From an uncultured Candidatus Micrarchaeota archaeon (GTDB lineage Archaea > Micrarchaeota > Micrarchaeia > Anstonellales > Bilamarchaeaceae), in contig CAILMQ010000013.1 of assembly GCA_903835385.1 (NCBI GenBank), positions 2,687-66,686 of the forward strand: a DNA stretch of 64,000 nt, written 5' to 3'. A program made the position numbers and the translations under genes. This document shows positions 56,744 to 64,000 of the stretch, one piece after another. The notes below the pieces were generated by a model. The model ran no database searches and was not told the DNA's origin. It saw nothing but the letters and a program-made list of their open reading frames with translations. Numbering within the stretch: the stretch's first letter is position 1; every line of letters begins with the position of its first letter.

Positions 56744-57412
56744 TTATATACCGGAGCGTTTTACTCCGATCCTCCAGCATATCCTGTTCAGTCTGCACTC
56801 CCTGCATTTGGGGCCCCTGGGCAGGCATACGGTCTGGCCATAGGACACGAAGGCGTGGTTAAGCGGCTTCCAGAACCTGCGCGGAACGATTGCCATGAGC
56901 GCCTTCTCGGTCTTTTCCGGAGTCTTTGTTTTCACGATTCCGAGCCTGTTGCTTATGCGATGGACGTGGGTGTCCACAGGAATCGCGTCCTTTCCAAAGG
57001 AGTATGCGAGCAGGATGTTCGCGGTCTTCCTCCCCACGCCGGGCAAAAGAAGCAGCTTTTCCATTGATGCGGGGACGTTTCCGTCAAAATCGCCAAGAAG
57101 CATCTGCGCCATGGCTTTGAGGTTCTTCGCCTTCATCCTGTAGAATCCCGACGAGCGGACGAGTTTTTCAATTTTTTTTATACGCATTCGCGCGAGCGCT
57201 CGCGGATCCGGGGCCTCGGCAAGCAGCTTTCCTGCAGCGAGCATCGTGTTCGCATCCTTTGTTCTTGCCGAAAGAATGGTGAAAACGAGCGAGCGGAACG
57301 GGTCGCTTTTCGTTATTTTTTCTATTTTGTTCACTGGAGGATTCCTTTTTCCGGCTTCAATCCGCATGGTGCGGATTATCCGGCCCATGGAGGAGAGCGC
57401 CTTGAGGTTCAT
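56744..57412 (-). CDS. nth: endonuclease III (HhH-GPD glycosylase with 4Fe-4S cluster)
   Basis: HhH-GPD region and C-terminal C..C..C..C (CLPRGPKCRECRLNRIC). Confidence 0.85.
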   Translation of the reverse strand: MNLKALSSMGRIIRTMRIEAGKRNPPVNKIEKITKSDPFRSLVFTILSARTKDANTMLAAGKLLAEAPDPRALARMRIKKIEKLVRSSGFYRMKAKNLKAMAQMLLGDFDGNVPASMEKLLLLPGVGRKTANILLAYSFGKDAIPVDTHVHRISNRLGIVKTKTPEKTEKALMAIVPRRFWKPLNHAFVSYGQTVCLPRGPKCRECRLNRICWRIGVKRSGI

Positions 57413-57449
57413 GACGCTTTATCGGACCGGTGCTATTTATGGTTTTGGT

Positions 57450-58463
57450 TCAGGCTGCTTCGAGCGCTTCCTCGATAAGCCCGGAGAACTTATGTTCACG
57501 GTACATCCCATCCAGGCCATTGCTTCTGACATCCCTGGAAGTCAGGTTTTCAACCGGCTTATGGAGCTTCCATGCAACCCATCTCACTGCCGCTATCCTG
57601 TGCCTTTCATCCTGGAAAAACAAATTCGGGGTCTGCCTTAATTCCCACGGGTAAATCTTCTTGTCCTCAAAGCTGCGCGAATGGCTTTGCGCTATCATCT
57701 CCTGCGAGCTGTAAGCCAATCCCGCCTCTGCCAGGGCGACATATATGGAATGGTGATATTTGGCCTCGATGAGCACTGCCAGGCCATTTTTCATGAAATC
57801 GTCTATGCCAATCTCAAGGGGCCCCTTGGACGTTTTCCAAAGCAGCCATTTCACGGCAGCAGCCCTGTGTTCGGCCTTGTCAAACAGGTTCGCCGGAGTC
57901 GTTTTCATTTCCCACGGGTAGATTTTCCCTGTTTCGAATCCGGTTTCCGCATGCTTCAAAAATTCAGTTTCCGGATAAGCGATGCACATGTCCACAAAAG
58001 CCCGATAAGGGGTGTTTTCGTAATACCTGCCTAAAATGCCGCTCAATCCGGCAACGCAAAATTCCGCCCATTCCATCTTTTTCGGGTCCTCGAAACCTTC
58101 AACGAATTTTTTCAGGACCGCCACTCTCGCCGGATGGTCGCTCCAGTCCGCATGCCACCTGCGGGTCGCATGCCCCTTGTCAAAAAGTTCTGAAGCCTTT
58201 CCTTCCCGAATCAGCGCGTTCACTTTTTCAACAACCACCGCCCTTGCGCTTTTTTTGCTCATGCCGCGTTCCGGAGCCAGTTCATCATATCCACTCTTGG
58301 TGATTTTGTACTGCCCATGCTCCATGAGGAAAATGCTGAGCCATCTCCTGAATTCCGCTGTCTTGTCGAGCTTGCCCGGGTCGCTTAGGTATTTTTGAAG
58401 CCTGGGCGAACTGGTGAAATCCGCCGCAGTGTGCTTTCTTGCCCCTAATTGCCATGATTGCAT
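57450..58463 (-). CDS. hypothetical protein with two internal ~60-aa repeats (KIYPWE..TP.NLF...HR.AAV.W..WK)
   Basis: 337 aa, with its own TATA-like TTTTTATA about 22 nt upstream. Lies immediately downstream of the sigma-like pair on the same strand. Confidence 0.5.
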   Translation of the reverse strand: MQSWQLGARKHTAADFTSSPRLQKYLSDPGKLDKTAEFRRWLSIFLMEHGQYKITKSGYDELAPERGMSKKSARAVVVEKVNALIREGKASELFDKGHATRRWHADWSDHPARVAVLKKFVEGFEDPKKMEWAEFCVAGLSGILGRYYENTPYRAFVDMCIAYPETEFLKHAETGFETGKIYPWEMKTTPANLFDKAEHRAAAVKWLLWKTSKGPLEIGIDDFMKNGLAVLIEAKYHHSIYVALAEAGLAYSSQEMIAQSHSRSFEDKKIYPWELRQTPNLFFQDERHRIAAVRWVAWKLHKPVENLTSRDVRSNGLDGMYREHKFSGLIEEALEAA

Positions 58464-58540
58464 GGTTATACTGTGTCAAATAGGGTATAAAAAGGTTAGC
58501 GGGCAGCTATGAACGGCTATTTTTCTCCGGATGCCTGCTT

Positions 58541-59591
58541 TCAGGTTGCCGGCCCTTCCTCGCGCGGCGCCTCATATCCCCATTCGGCCCGATGCCTCAG
58601 GAGCGTCTCGCGCATTTTCTTCTTGCCTTCGCTTATTATCTGCATCACCCGTTGCCTTGAGACGTGGTTATCCATCCCGATCTCAAGTGGCGTGCGCGGC
58701 TGGCAGCCGCCCACTCCGAACTGGCTCCGTATCATGCCCGCTTCCCTTGGTTTCAGCGTGGCAAGCAGCCTTTCCGCAATCTCCCTTTGCGAAAGCATCT
58801 CCTCAGGCGTCCCGGCGCGCCTGTCCGGAATCATTTCTATGCGCCTCGGCCCGTCCCTCGGGAGCTTTTGGTGCATGCTGATTATCCTGGGCACCGAGGA
58901 GGAATTGATTATGGCGCTCCTTCTGAGCCCGGTCCCATCCGCTATCTCGTCAATGTCCGGGTACCTGCCGGTGAGGCAGAAGCGGGCATTTGAGAATTTT
59001 TCCACCCTGTTGGTCACAAGATGCAGATAGGGCGGCTTCCTGATTTCATTTCCTTCCTCATATACCAGGAGCCACATGGCCCGCTTTGCCCAGTCCATCG
59101 CATAGCTGTAGAACCTGGTGCCCCTTTCCAGGTCGAATTTGGGCATCGCGTATTTCACGATGGCCGCCTCGCCGACCTGGACAAGGTCCTCGACCTTGAC
59201 GCCTGCGGGGCGCCTTATTCCCCTGGCTTTTTTCCAAACCAGCCTGCCAAGCCCCCGCGTGACTATGGTTTCAGCAAGCCCTTTCGCCTCCTCAAGCCGC
59301 TTAAGCTCCTGGCTTATGGCCGCAGAATCCTCGTTTGCCTTGCTGCCCAGCGTTTTCGCCAGTTCTTCCATGCGCGCAAGCGCCTGCCCGTAAATCGCAA
59401 ATAACCTGCGCTCATCCGGTTTGGATATGCGCTCCTTCTTCTCCGCTGCGAGTTGCTGCAGGAACTGCATATCCGGAGTTTTCACAACCGGCCTGTGGGC
59501 ATCGGTCCTGCATTGGACCAGCCGCAGGGCCGGGCGGTTGCATTCAAAAGCAGTGCGAACGATCATTCTTGCTGTGCGCATGGGAAAATAA
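58541..59591 (-). CDS. sigma-70-family protein homolog 1 (regions 1.2/2/3/4)
   Basis: DLVQVGEAAIVKYAMPKFDLERGTRFYSYAMDWAKRAMW...IRKPPYL parallels RpoD region 2 ([44 protein letters not shown]). Region 4-like REAGMIRSQFGVGGCQPRTPLEIGMDNHVSRQRVMQI. Start placed at MRTARMIV downstream of the conserved promoter block (the track ORF starts at 59638). Confidence 0.8.
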
Positions 59592-59593
59592 TT

Positions 59594-59637
59594 TGATAAG
59601 ATTCGCGTATAAACCATCGCATTTTGTGACTGCCACA
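59594..59637 (-). promoter_or_regulatory. conserved promoter block (TATA TTTATACG about 26 nt from the ATG) of sigma homolog 1
   Basis: aataatttgataagattcgcgtataaaccatcgcattttgtg. A near-identical block lies upstream of sigma homolog 2. Confidence 0.55.
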
Positions 59638-59647
59638 ACTCTTCCTG

Positions 59648-61144
59648 CTATGCAGCTTCCTCAGCGCCGATCAGTCGGAGCAGTTTTTCCAGGCTAATCC
59701 GGGAATGTTCCTGATAACAGGGCGGCTCGCCTCCGTAATACTCGCACAAACGTTTCCGGCACCACCTGCGCAGGTTTGATATGGCCTTTGTTTGTATCTG
59801 CCTTGCCCTTTCCCTTGTGAAATCCATCAAATCCCCTACTTCTTCGAGCGTATGCTCTTTACAGCCCACGCCGAATCTCATGCGCAGCACATTCGCATGC
59901 CGCGGGTCCAATCCCGAAAGCAGCTCGTTTACCAATCGTCCCGCTTCTTTGCCGAGAACAGCGTCAAAGGGGCTCGTACTCCTGGTATCCGGAATCAGGT
60001 TTACTCTCTCCGACCCATCCCCATGATTCAGTTTCATGTTCATGCTGACTGTCTGGGGCAATGACAGGCATCTTTCAACCGCGTGCCTGGTGAGCCCGGT
60101 AGAATCCACTAGCTCGTCAATGGTCGGTTCCCTGTTAAACTCAATACGGTATGACCTTGAAACGTTCTCTACCCGGGCAGCCGCCTCATGTATATGGACC
60201 GGCCGCCTGATGTCCCTTCCCTGATCCACTATGTAGCGGCCCATTGCCTGGCGTACCCACCACATGCCGTATGTGGAGAGCCTGTAGCCCATGGCAGGAT
60301 TGAATTTGGGCATCGCTCCCTCAATAAGGGCCATCTCGCCTTCCTGGACCAGGTCTGATTTTGATATGGACGGGGGGTGCCTCATTTTCCTGGCATACTT
60401 CCAGACCATCTCATGCAGTCCCTGGACTACTATGCATTCAGCAAACTTTTTAGGCACTGAAAGCCGCCTGATTTCCAGTTCTAGCAGCCCCGGATTCCGG
60501 TTTGCCGCGCCATCCGCCTCTGCGGGCCCGGATTTCTCTTTTTCCGCATCCCTGATTTCCATAAGATTCATGATACGGGGATGCAGGCGCCGGTAAATGG
60601 TGCAGACAGCGCATTCCAGTTCCCGGGTAAGCACATTCCCCCTCTCGGCAGCGCATTCCCGGAGGTACTTCGCCTCCCAGGCGTTCACAACCATGCCTTC
60701 AATAAGCCCCTTGGCTTTGGAAAGCCGTGCGAGCTCGCTTTTTATGGCTTTGCTCTCTCCGTTTGCCCGGGCTTTCAGCTTCGCATCAAGCTCCTCCATG
60801 CTCCGGATAACCCGAATATATATCGCAAATGTCTCGGCCTCATCTTTTTCTGAAAGTATTCCCCTTCCCTTGCTCGCGAGTCCTTCTAGGTACTCCGTTT
60901 CCTTGGCGCCCAAGGCATGCCTCGGGGTTCCGGTCATATTGCCGTTCGCAGGCTGCCCCATGATGGTCTCAATCTCGCATTTGAATAGCCGGAGCAGTTT
61001 TTCGCGTTCAGAACTAAGTTCAGCGCTGGGCTTTGGGGTATGGATCCGCTTGTCCCCGTGGGCATGAGTATGGCTGGCCCTGGGAGCATAGGTGTGGCTG
61101 GCTTTAGGAGCAATAGTGTGCATGAGTCTTCTTGCTGCAAGCAT
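59648..61144 (-). CDS. sigma-70-family protein homolog 2 (regions 1.2/2/3/4, duplicated 2.1-like helix, Cys/His C-terminal tail)
   Basis: DLVQEGEMALIEGAMPKFNPAMGYRLSTYGMWWVRQAMGRYIVDQGRDIRRPVHIHE (regions 2.1-2.4). LRMRFGVGCKEHTLEEVGDLMDFTRERARQIQTKAISNLRR (region 4.2 HTH). C-terminal WCRKRLCEYYGGEPPCYQEH. Confidence 0.85.
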   Translation of the reverse strand: MLAARRLMHTIAPKASHTYAPRASHTHAHGDKRIHTPKPSAELSSEREKLLRLFKCEIETIMGQPANGNMTGTPRHALGAKETEYLEGLASKGRGILSEKDEAETFAIYIRVIRSMEELDAKLKARANGESKAIKSELARLSKAKGLIEGMVVNAWEAKYLRECAAERGNVLTRELECAVCTIYRRLHPRIMNLMEIRDAEKEKSGPAEADGAANRNPGLLELEIRRLSVPKKFAECIVVQGLHEMVWKYARKMRHPPSISKSDLVQEGEMALIEGAMPKFNPAMGYRLSTYGMWWVRQAMGRYIVDQGRDIRRPVHIHEAAARVENVSRSYRIEFNREPTIDELVDSTGLTRHAVERCLSLPQTVSMNMKLNHGDGSERVNLIPDTRSTSPFDAVLGKEAGRLVNELLSGLDPRHANVLRMRFGVGCKEHTLEEVGDLMDFTRERARQIQTKAISNLRRWCRKRLCEYYGGEPPCYQEHSRISLEKLLRLIGAEEAA

Positions 61145-61145
61145 G

Positions 61146-61190
61146 AATAATAATCTGTTAAGATTCGCTTATAAACAATCGCACTTTGTG
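61146..61190 (-). promoter_or_regulatory. conserved promoter block (TATA TTTATAAG about 24 nt from the ATG) of sigma homolog 2
   Basis: aataatctgttaagattcgcttataaacaatcgcactttgtg. Confidence 0.55.
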
Positions 61191-61194
61191 TTTA

Positions 61195-61953
61195 TTATTT
61201 CCTTATTTCAGTGCAAACCGCCTTTCCGCCGAGCATGAGCGCTTCCACTCTTTCGGGCTTAAGCCCGTTCACGACATAGGACGGCGTGTCCAGCTCCAGC
61301 AGTTCCTTTATCTTGCCTGCCATCGCCCCTGTCACGTCCTTGCCTTCAGCAGCCCTGAAATGCCGCGATATGTCAACAAAGTTCCTGCTCGTTATGCTCT
61401 CTATCACTTTACCCTTGTCGTCAAGCACTCCGTCCACGTTTGTAGCGAGGAGTATGCGCTCCGCCCCCTTGCCGAGATAGGATATTATCTGGTCTCCGGA
61501 GCACACCGAACCGCCCAGCTCCACGTCCGGGACCATGTCCCCGAAAAGCACCGGGATATAGCCGGATTTCAGGTAATCGTCCACTACTTTGGTGTCAAAG
61601 GAGTATATGCGCCTGTTTTTGGATACGATGGCCATGGCAGGCGGAATTGACACCGCAGGCGCGCCCGCACTATTAAGCGCGCTTGTGACCAGAACCGACA
61701 GCTCGGAACACGCCTCGTGTGTAATAGCAAACCCCAGCTTCTGCGCAGTGTTCTTCACGCCGTCGTTGATGCCGTATTTCACGACCAGCGGGTGGCCGAA
61801 GGAGCCTGCGCCGTGCACAATCACCCAGTCGCGCTCGGACTTTTTCCAGGCAGAGGCAACGACTTTTGCCAGCGCCTCTATTGCCTTGAGGTCCGCCTCG
61901 CGCCAGCCCGCCTTCCGGGTTATCACCGAGCCTCCCAGCTTGAGCAGTTTCAT
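61195..61953 (-). CDS. ipk: isopentenyl phosphate kinase (amino-acid-kinase fold)
   Basis: MKLLKLGGSVIT ... VHGAGSFGH ... motifs. Start at M18 of the track ORF. Confidence 0.8.
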   Translation of the reverse strand: MKLLKLGGSVITRKAGWREADLKAIEALAKVVASAWKKSERDWVIVHGAGSFGHPLVVKYGINDGVKNTAQKLGFAITHEACSELSVLVTSALNSAGAPAVSIPPAMAIVSKNRRIYSFDTKVVDDYLKSGYIPVLFGDMVPDVELGGSVCSGDQIISYLGKGAERILLATNVDGVLDDKGKVIESITSRNFVDISRHFRAAEGKDVTGAMAGKIKELLELDTPSYVVNGLKPERVEALMLGGKAVCTEIRK

Positions 61954-62007
61954 GGAATAGACATGCGGTAGGGGTTTTTTTAAGCCTTCCGAGGCAAAAA
62001 ACACTTC

Positions 62008-62541
62008 ATGAAGGTTCTTCTTGCCATCACGGGAGCGTCAGGCCTAGCCTATGGCACGATGCTTCTCGAATCGCTCAGGGCGCTGAAACAGGATGTTTCG
62101 GTCGTGATAAGCTCAGGGGCGAAGGAGGTGGCAAAAGCAGAAGGCACGAAGCTGCCGAAAGCCGATTATGGCGAGTACGATTTCAATTGTCCCTATGCCT
62201 CAGGCTCCAACCCGCCCGATGCCGTAGTGGTGTGCCCGTGCTCGCTCAAGACGCTCGGCGAAATCGCGAACGGGGTCGGAAACTCGCTCATAACGCGCGC
62301 GGCTGAAGTCGCGCTCAAGGAGCGGAAAAAGCTCATACTCGTGGTCAGGGACACCCCCTACTCGCTCATAACCATAAGGAACATGGAAACCGTGACGCTC
62401 GCCGGTGGTGTCATAATGCCGGCATCCCCGGGCTTCTATGGAAAGCCGAAAAAAATTGACGACCTTCTGGAATTCATGGTGGCGCGCGTGCTGGACCAGC
62501 TCGGAATAAAACACAGCCTAAGCAAGAGGTGGAAAGCATGA
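62008..62541 (+). CDS. ubiX: UbiX-family flavin prenyltransferase (prFMN synthase; partner of the archaeal anhydromevalonate-phosphate decarboxylase)
   Basis: MKVLLAITGASG ... VVCPCSLKTLGEIANG ... flavoprotein motifs. Confidence 0.85.
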   Translation: MKVLLAITGASGLAYGTMLLESLRALKQDVSVVISSGAKEVAKAEGTKLPKADYGEYDFNCPYASGSNPPDAVVVCPCSLKTLGEIANGVGNSLITRAAEVALKERKKLILVVRDTPYSLITIRNMETVTLAGGVIMPASPGFYGKPKKIDDLLEFMVARVLDQLGIKHSLSKRWKA

Positions 62542-63842
62542 AACCGATGTCATTCCGTGATTTTATCGAATTGCTCAGGAAAGAAAAAACCCTTGTCGAG
62601 CTCAAAAAGCCGGTTTCAAAGAATCTCGAGCTCGCAGGCGTGCTGAAGGCGCTTGACGGCAAGCCAGTTTACACCGACAAGATAGCCGAGAACCCGGGCG
62701 CGAGGGTCGCTGGAAACGTCTTCTCAACACGCGAACTGGTGTGCAGGTATCTGGGCATAAAGAACGGGGAGCTGATGCCGAAGCTCGCGCAGGCGATAAA
62801 CAATCCCACGAAACCAAAATCTGTTTCCACGGGCCCGGTGCTCGAGGTTACGGAGAAAGATGTCGACCTCAACGGGCTTCCAATCCCGTTCCACGCTGAA
62901 AAGGACGGCGGCCCGTATTTCGCCTCCGCGGTGGTGATTGCCAATGACAAGGAGCTGGGAAGGAACTGCTCATTCCACAGGATGATGGTGATAGGGAAGG
63001 ACAGGGTCGTTATGAGAATCCTGCCCAGGCATCTTGCCGAATTCATAAAACGCGCGGGCGGGGAGCTGGACGTGGCGTTCGTGGTCGGAGCGCCCATAAA
63101 CGTGCTTCTCGCAGGAGCCACTTCGGTACAGCTCGGGACAGACGAACTTCAGATAGCGAACTCGCTCGCACCTGTGGAGACCGTGCGCCTGGGCAATGGC
63201 ATTGAAGTGCCTGCGGATGCCGAATTCGCGTTTGAAGGAAGAATCACTGCCGAGTTGGCCGACGAGGGGCCGTTCATAGACCTCACTGAGACCTACGACA
63301 TAGTGCGCAAGCAGCAGGTCATGAAGATAACGAAAATCCACCATAGGAAGGACCCCATATTCCATGCGCTCCTGCCCGGTGCGCTGGAGCACAAGCTCCT
63401 CATGGGCATGCCAAGGGAGCCGACAATATTCAACGAGGTAAGCAAGGTCTGCGGCTGTGTTGGCGTGAACATCACTCCGGGCGGATGTTCCTGGCTGCAC
63501 GCGGTGGTGGCGATAAAGAAGAAGGGCGAGGACGACGGGAAGAAGGCCATTGACGCGGCGTTCCGCGGCCACAAGTCCCTAAAGCACGTTGTAATCGTTG
63601 ACCATGACATAGACATCTACGACCCAGCGTCCGTGGAATGGGCGATTGCGACAAGGGTGCAGGCTGACAAGAGCATGGTTGTGAAGACCAAACAGGCCGG
63701 TTCTTCCCTTGACCCGAGCGCTGACCCGCACACCTATGCCACTGCGAAACTGGGAGTGGACGCCACGAAGCCGCTGGCCGCCCACGGCAAGAATTTCGAG
63801 AAGGCAAAGTGGATGGCCGTTGATGCCAGCAGGTATGTCTGA
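62529..63842 (+). CDS. ubiD: UbiD-family decarboxylase (candidate trans-anhydromevalonate-5-phosphate decarboxylase)
   Basis: UbiD-fold N-terminus (FRDFIELLRKE..LVELKKPVS) and 437 aa. Overlaps ubiX by 13 nt. Confidence 0.85.
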   Translation: MESMKPMSFRDFIELLRKEKTLVELKKPVSKNLELAGVLKALDGKPVYTDKIAENPGARVAGNVFSTRELVCRYLGIKNGELMPKLAQAINNPTKPKSVSTGPVLEVTEKDVDLNGLPIPFHAEKDGGPYFASAVVIANDKELGRNCSFHRMMVIGKDRVVMRILPRHLAEFIKRAGGELDVAFVVGAPINVLLAGATSVQLGTDELQIANSLAPVETVRLGNGIEVPADAEFAFEGRITAELADEGPFIDLTETYDIVRKQQVMKITKIHHRKDPIFHALLPGALEHKLLMGMPREPTIFNEVSKVCGCVGVNITPGGCSWLHAVVAIKKKGEDDGKKAIDAAFRGHKSLKHVVIVDHDIDIYDPASVEWAIATRVQADKSMVVKTKQAGSSLDPSADPHTYATAKLGVDATKPLAAHGKNFEKAKWMAVDASRYV

Positions 63843-63856
63843 TATTTGGTAGATTG

Positions 63857-64000
63857 GATGTTCCTCACAAAACAAGAGCAGAAAATGTATGACGGCGAAC
63901 TAGGCGAGGCTGCACGCCAGTCCATGGAAATCCTCGTCGCCCTGGGCAGGATTTACAACGCGGAAAAAATGATTCCCATAACCAGCGCCCAGGTCGCCGG
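63857..64000 (+). CDS. AcnX-type (DUF521) dehydratase large subunit, N-terminal fragment (candidate phosphomevalonate dehydratase); continues beyond the window
   Basis: [48 protein letters not shown] matches the conserved AcnX N-terminus (M.LT.EE..ML.GE.GEA...AMEILV..G.....ERLIPI.SAH). Confidence 0.6.

Overview
High-GC (~60%) archaeal chromosomal window. Archaeal identity rests on Orc1/Cdc6, an aRF1 with NIKS and GGQ motifs, archaeal-type L11, RNase P Rpr2, archaemetzincins, alternative mevalonate-pathway genes, and two intron-containing tRNAs.

Core content:
- Citrate module: two-subunit ATP-citrate lyase, isocitrate dehydrogenase and aconitase in one cluster.
- Housekeeping: glnA with a divergent lrp, glmS, and a beta-class carbonic anhydrase.
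- Isoprenoid genes: GGPP synthase, IDI-2, mevalonate kinase, IPK, and UbiX-, UbiD- and AcnX-like genes.
- A minimal two-subunit [NiFe]-hydrogenase with its maturation protease.

Layered on this are unusual items. The most striking is a tandem pair of full-length sigma-70-family homologs, each behind a conserved archaeal TATA/BRE-type promoter block. Others:
- a RelA/SpoT-synthetase-domain protein
- an HD-GYP protein
- a Hanks-type Ser/Thr kinase
- a secreted ankyrin-repeat protein
- three tandem archaemetzincin paralogs with near-identical promoters
- several paralog pairs carrying duplicated promoter blocks
- low-GC islands: AbiE-like and RelE-like toxin-antitoxin modules, an AlbA_2/Schlafen-like ATPase beside a permease remnant, and cysteine-rich lipoproteins
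- tRNA-Thr with a roughly 85-nt intron, plus a partial copy that bounds a small island
- a candidate tRNA-Lys with insertions in both the D- and T-loops
- hairpin repeat elements

Many six-frame ORFs in the track are antisense or overlapping artefacts of the high GC content.
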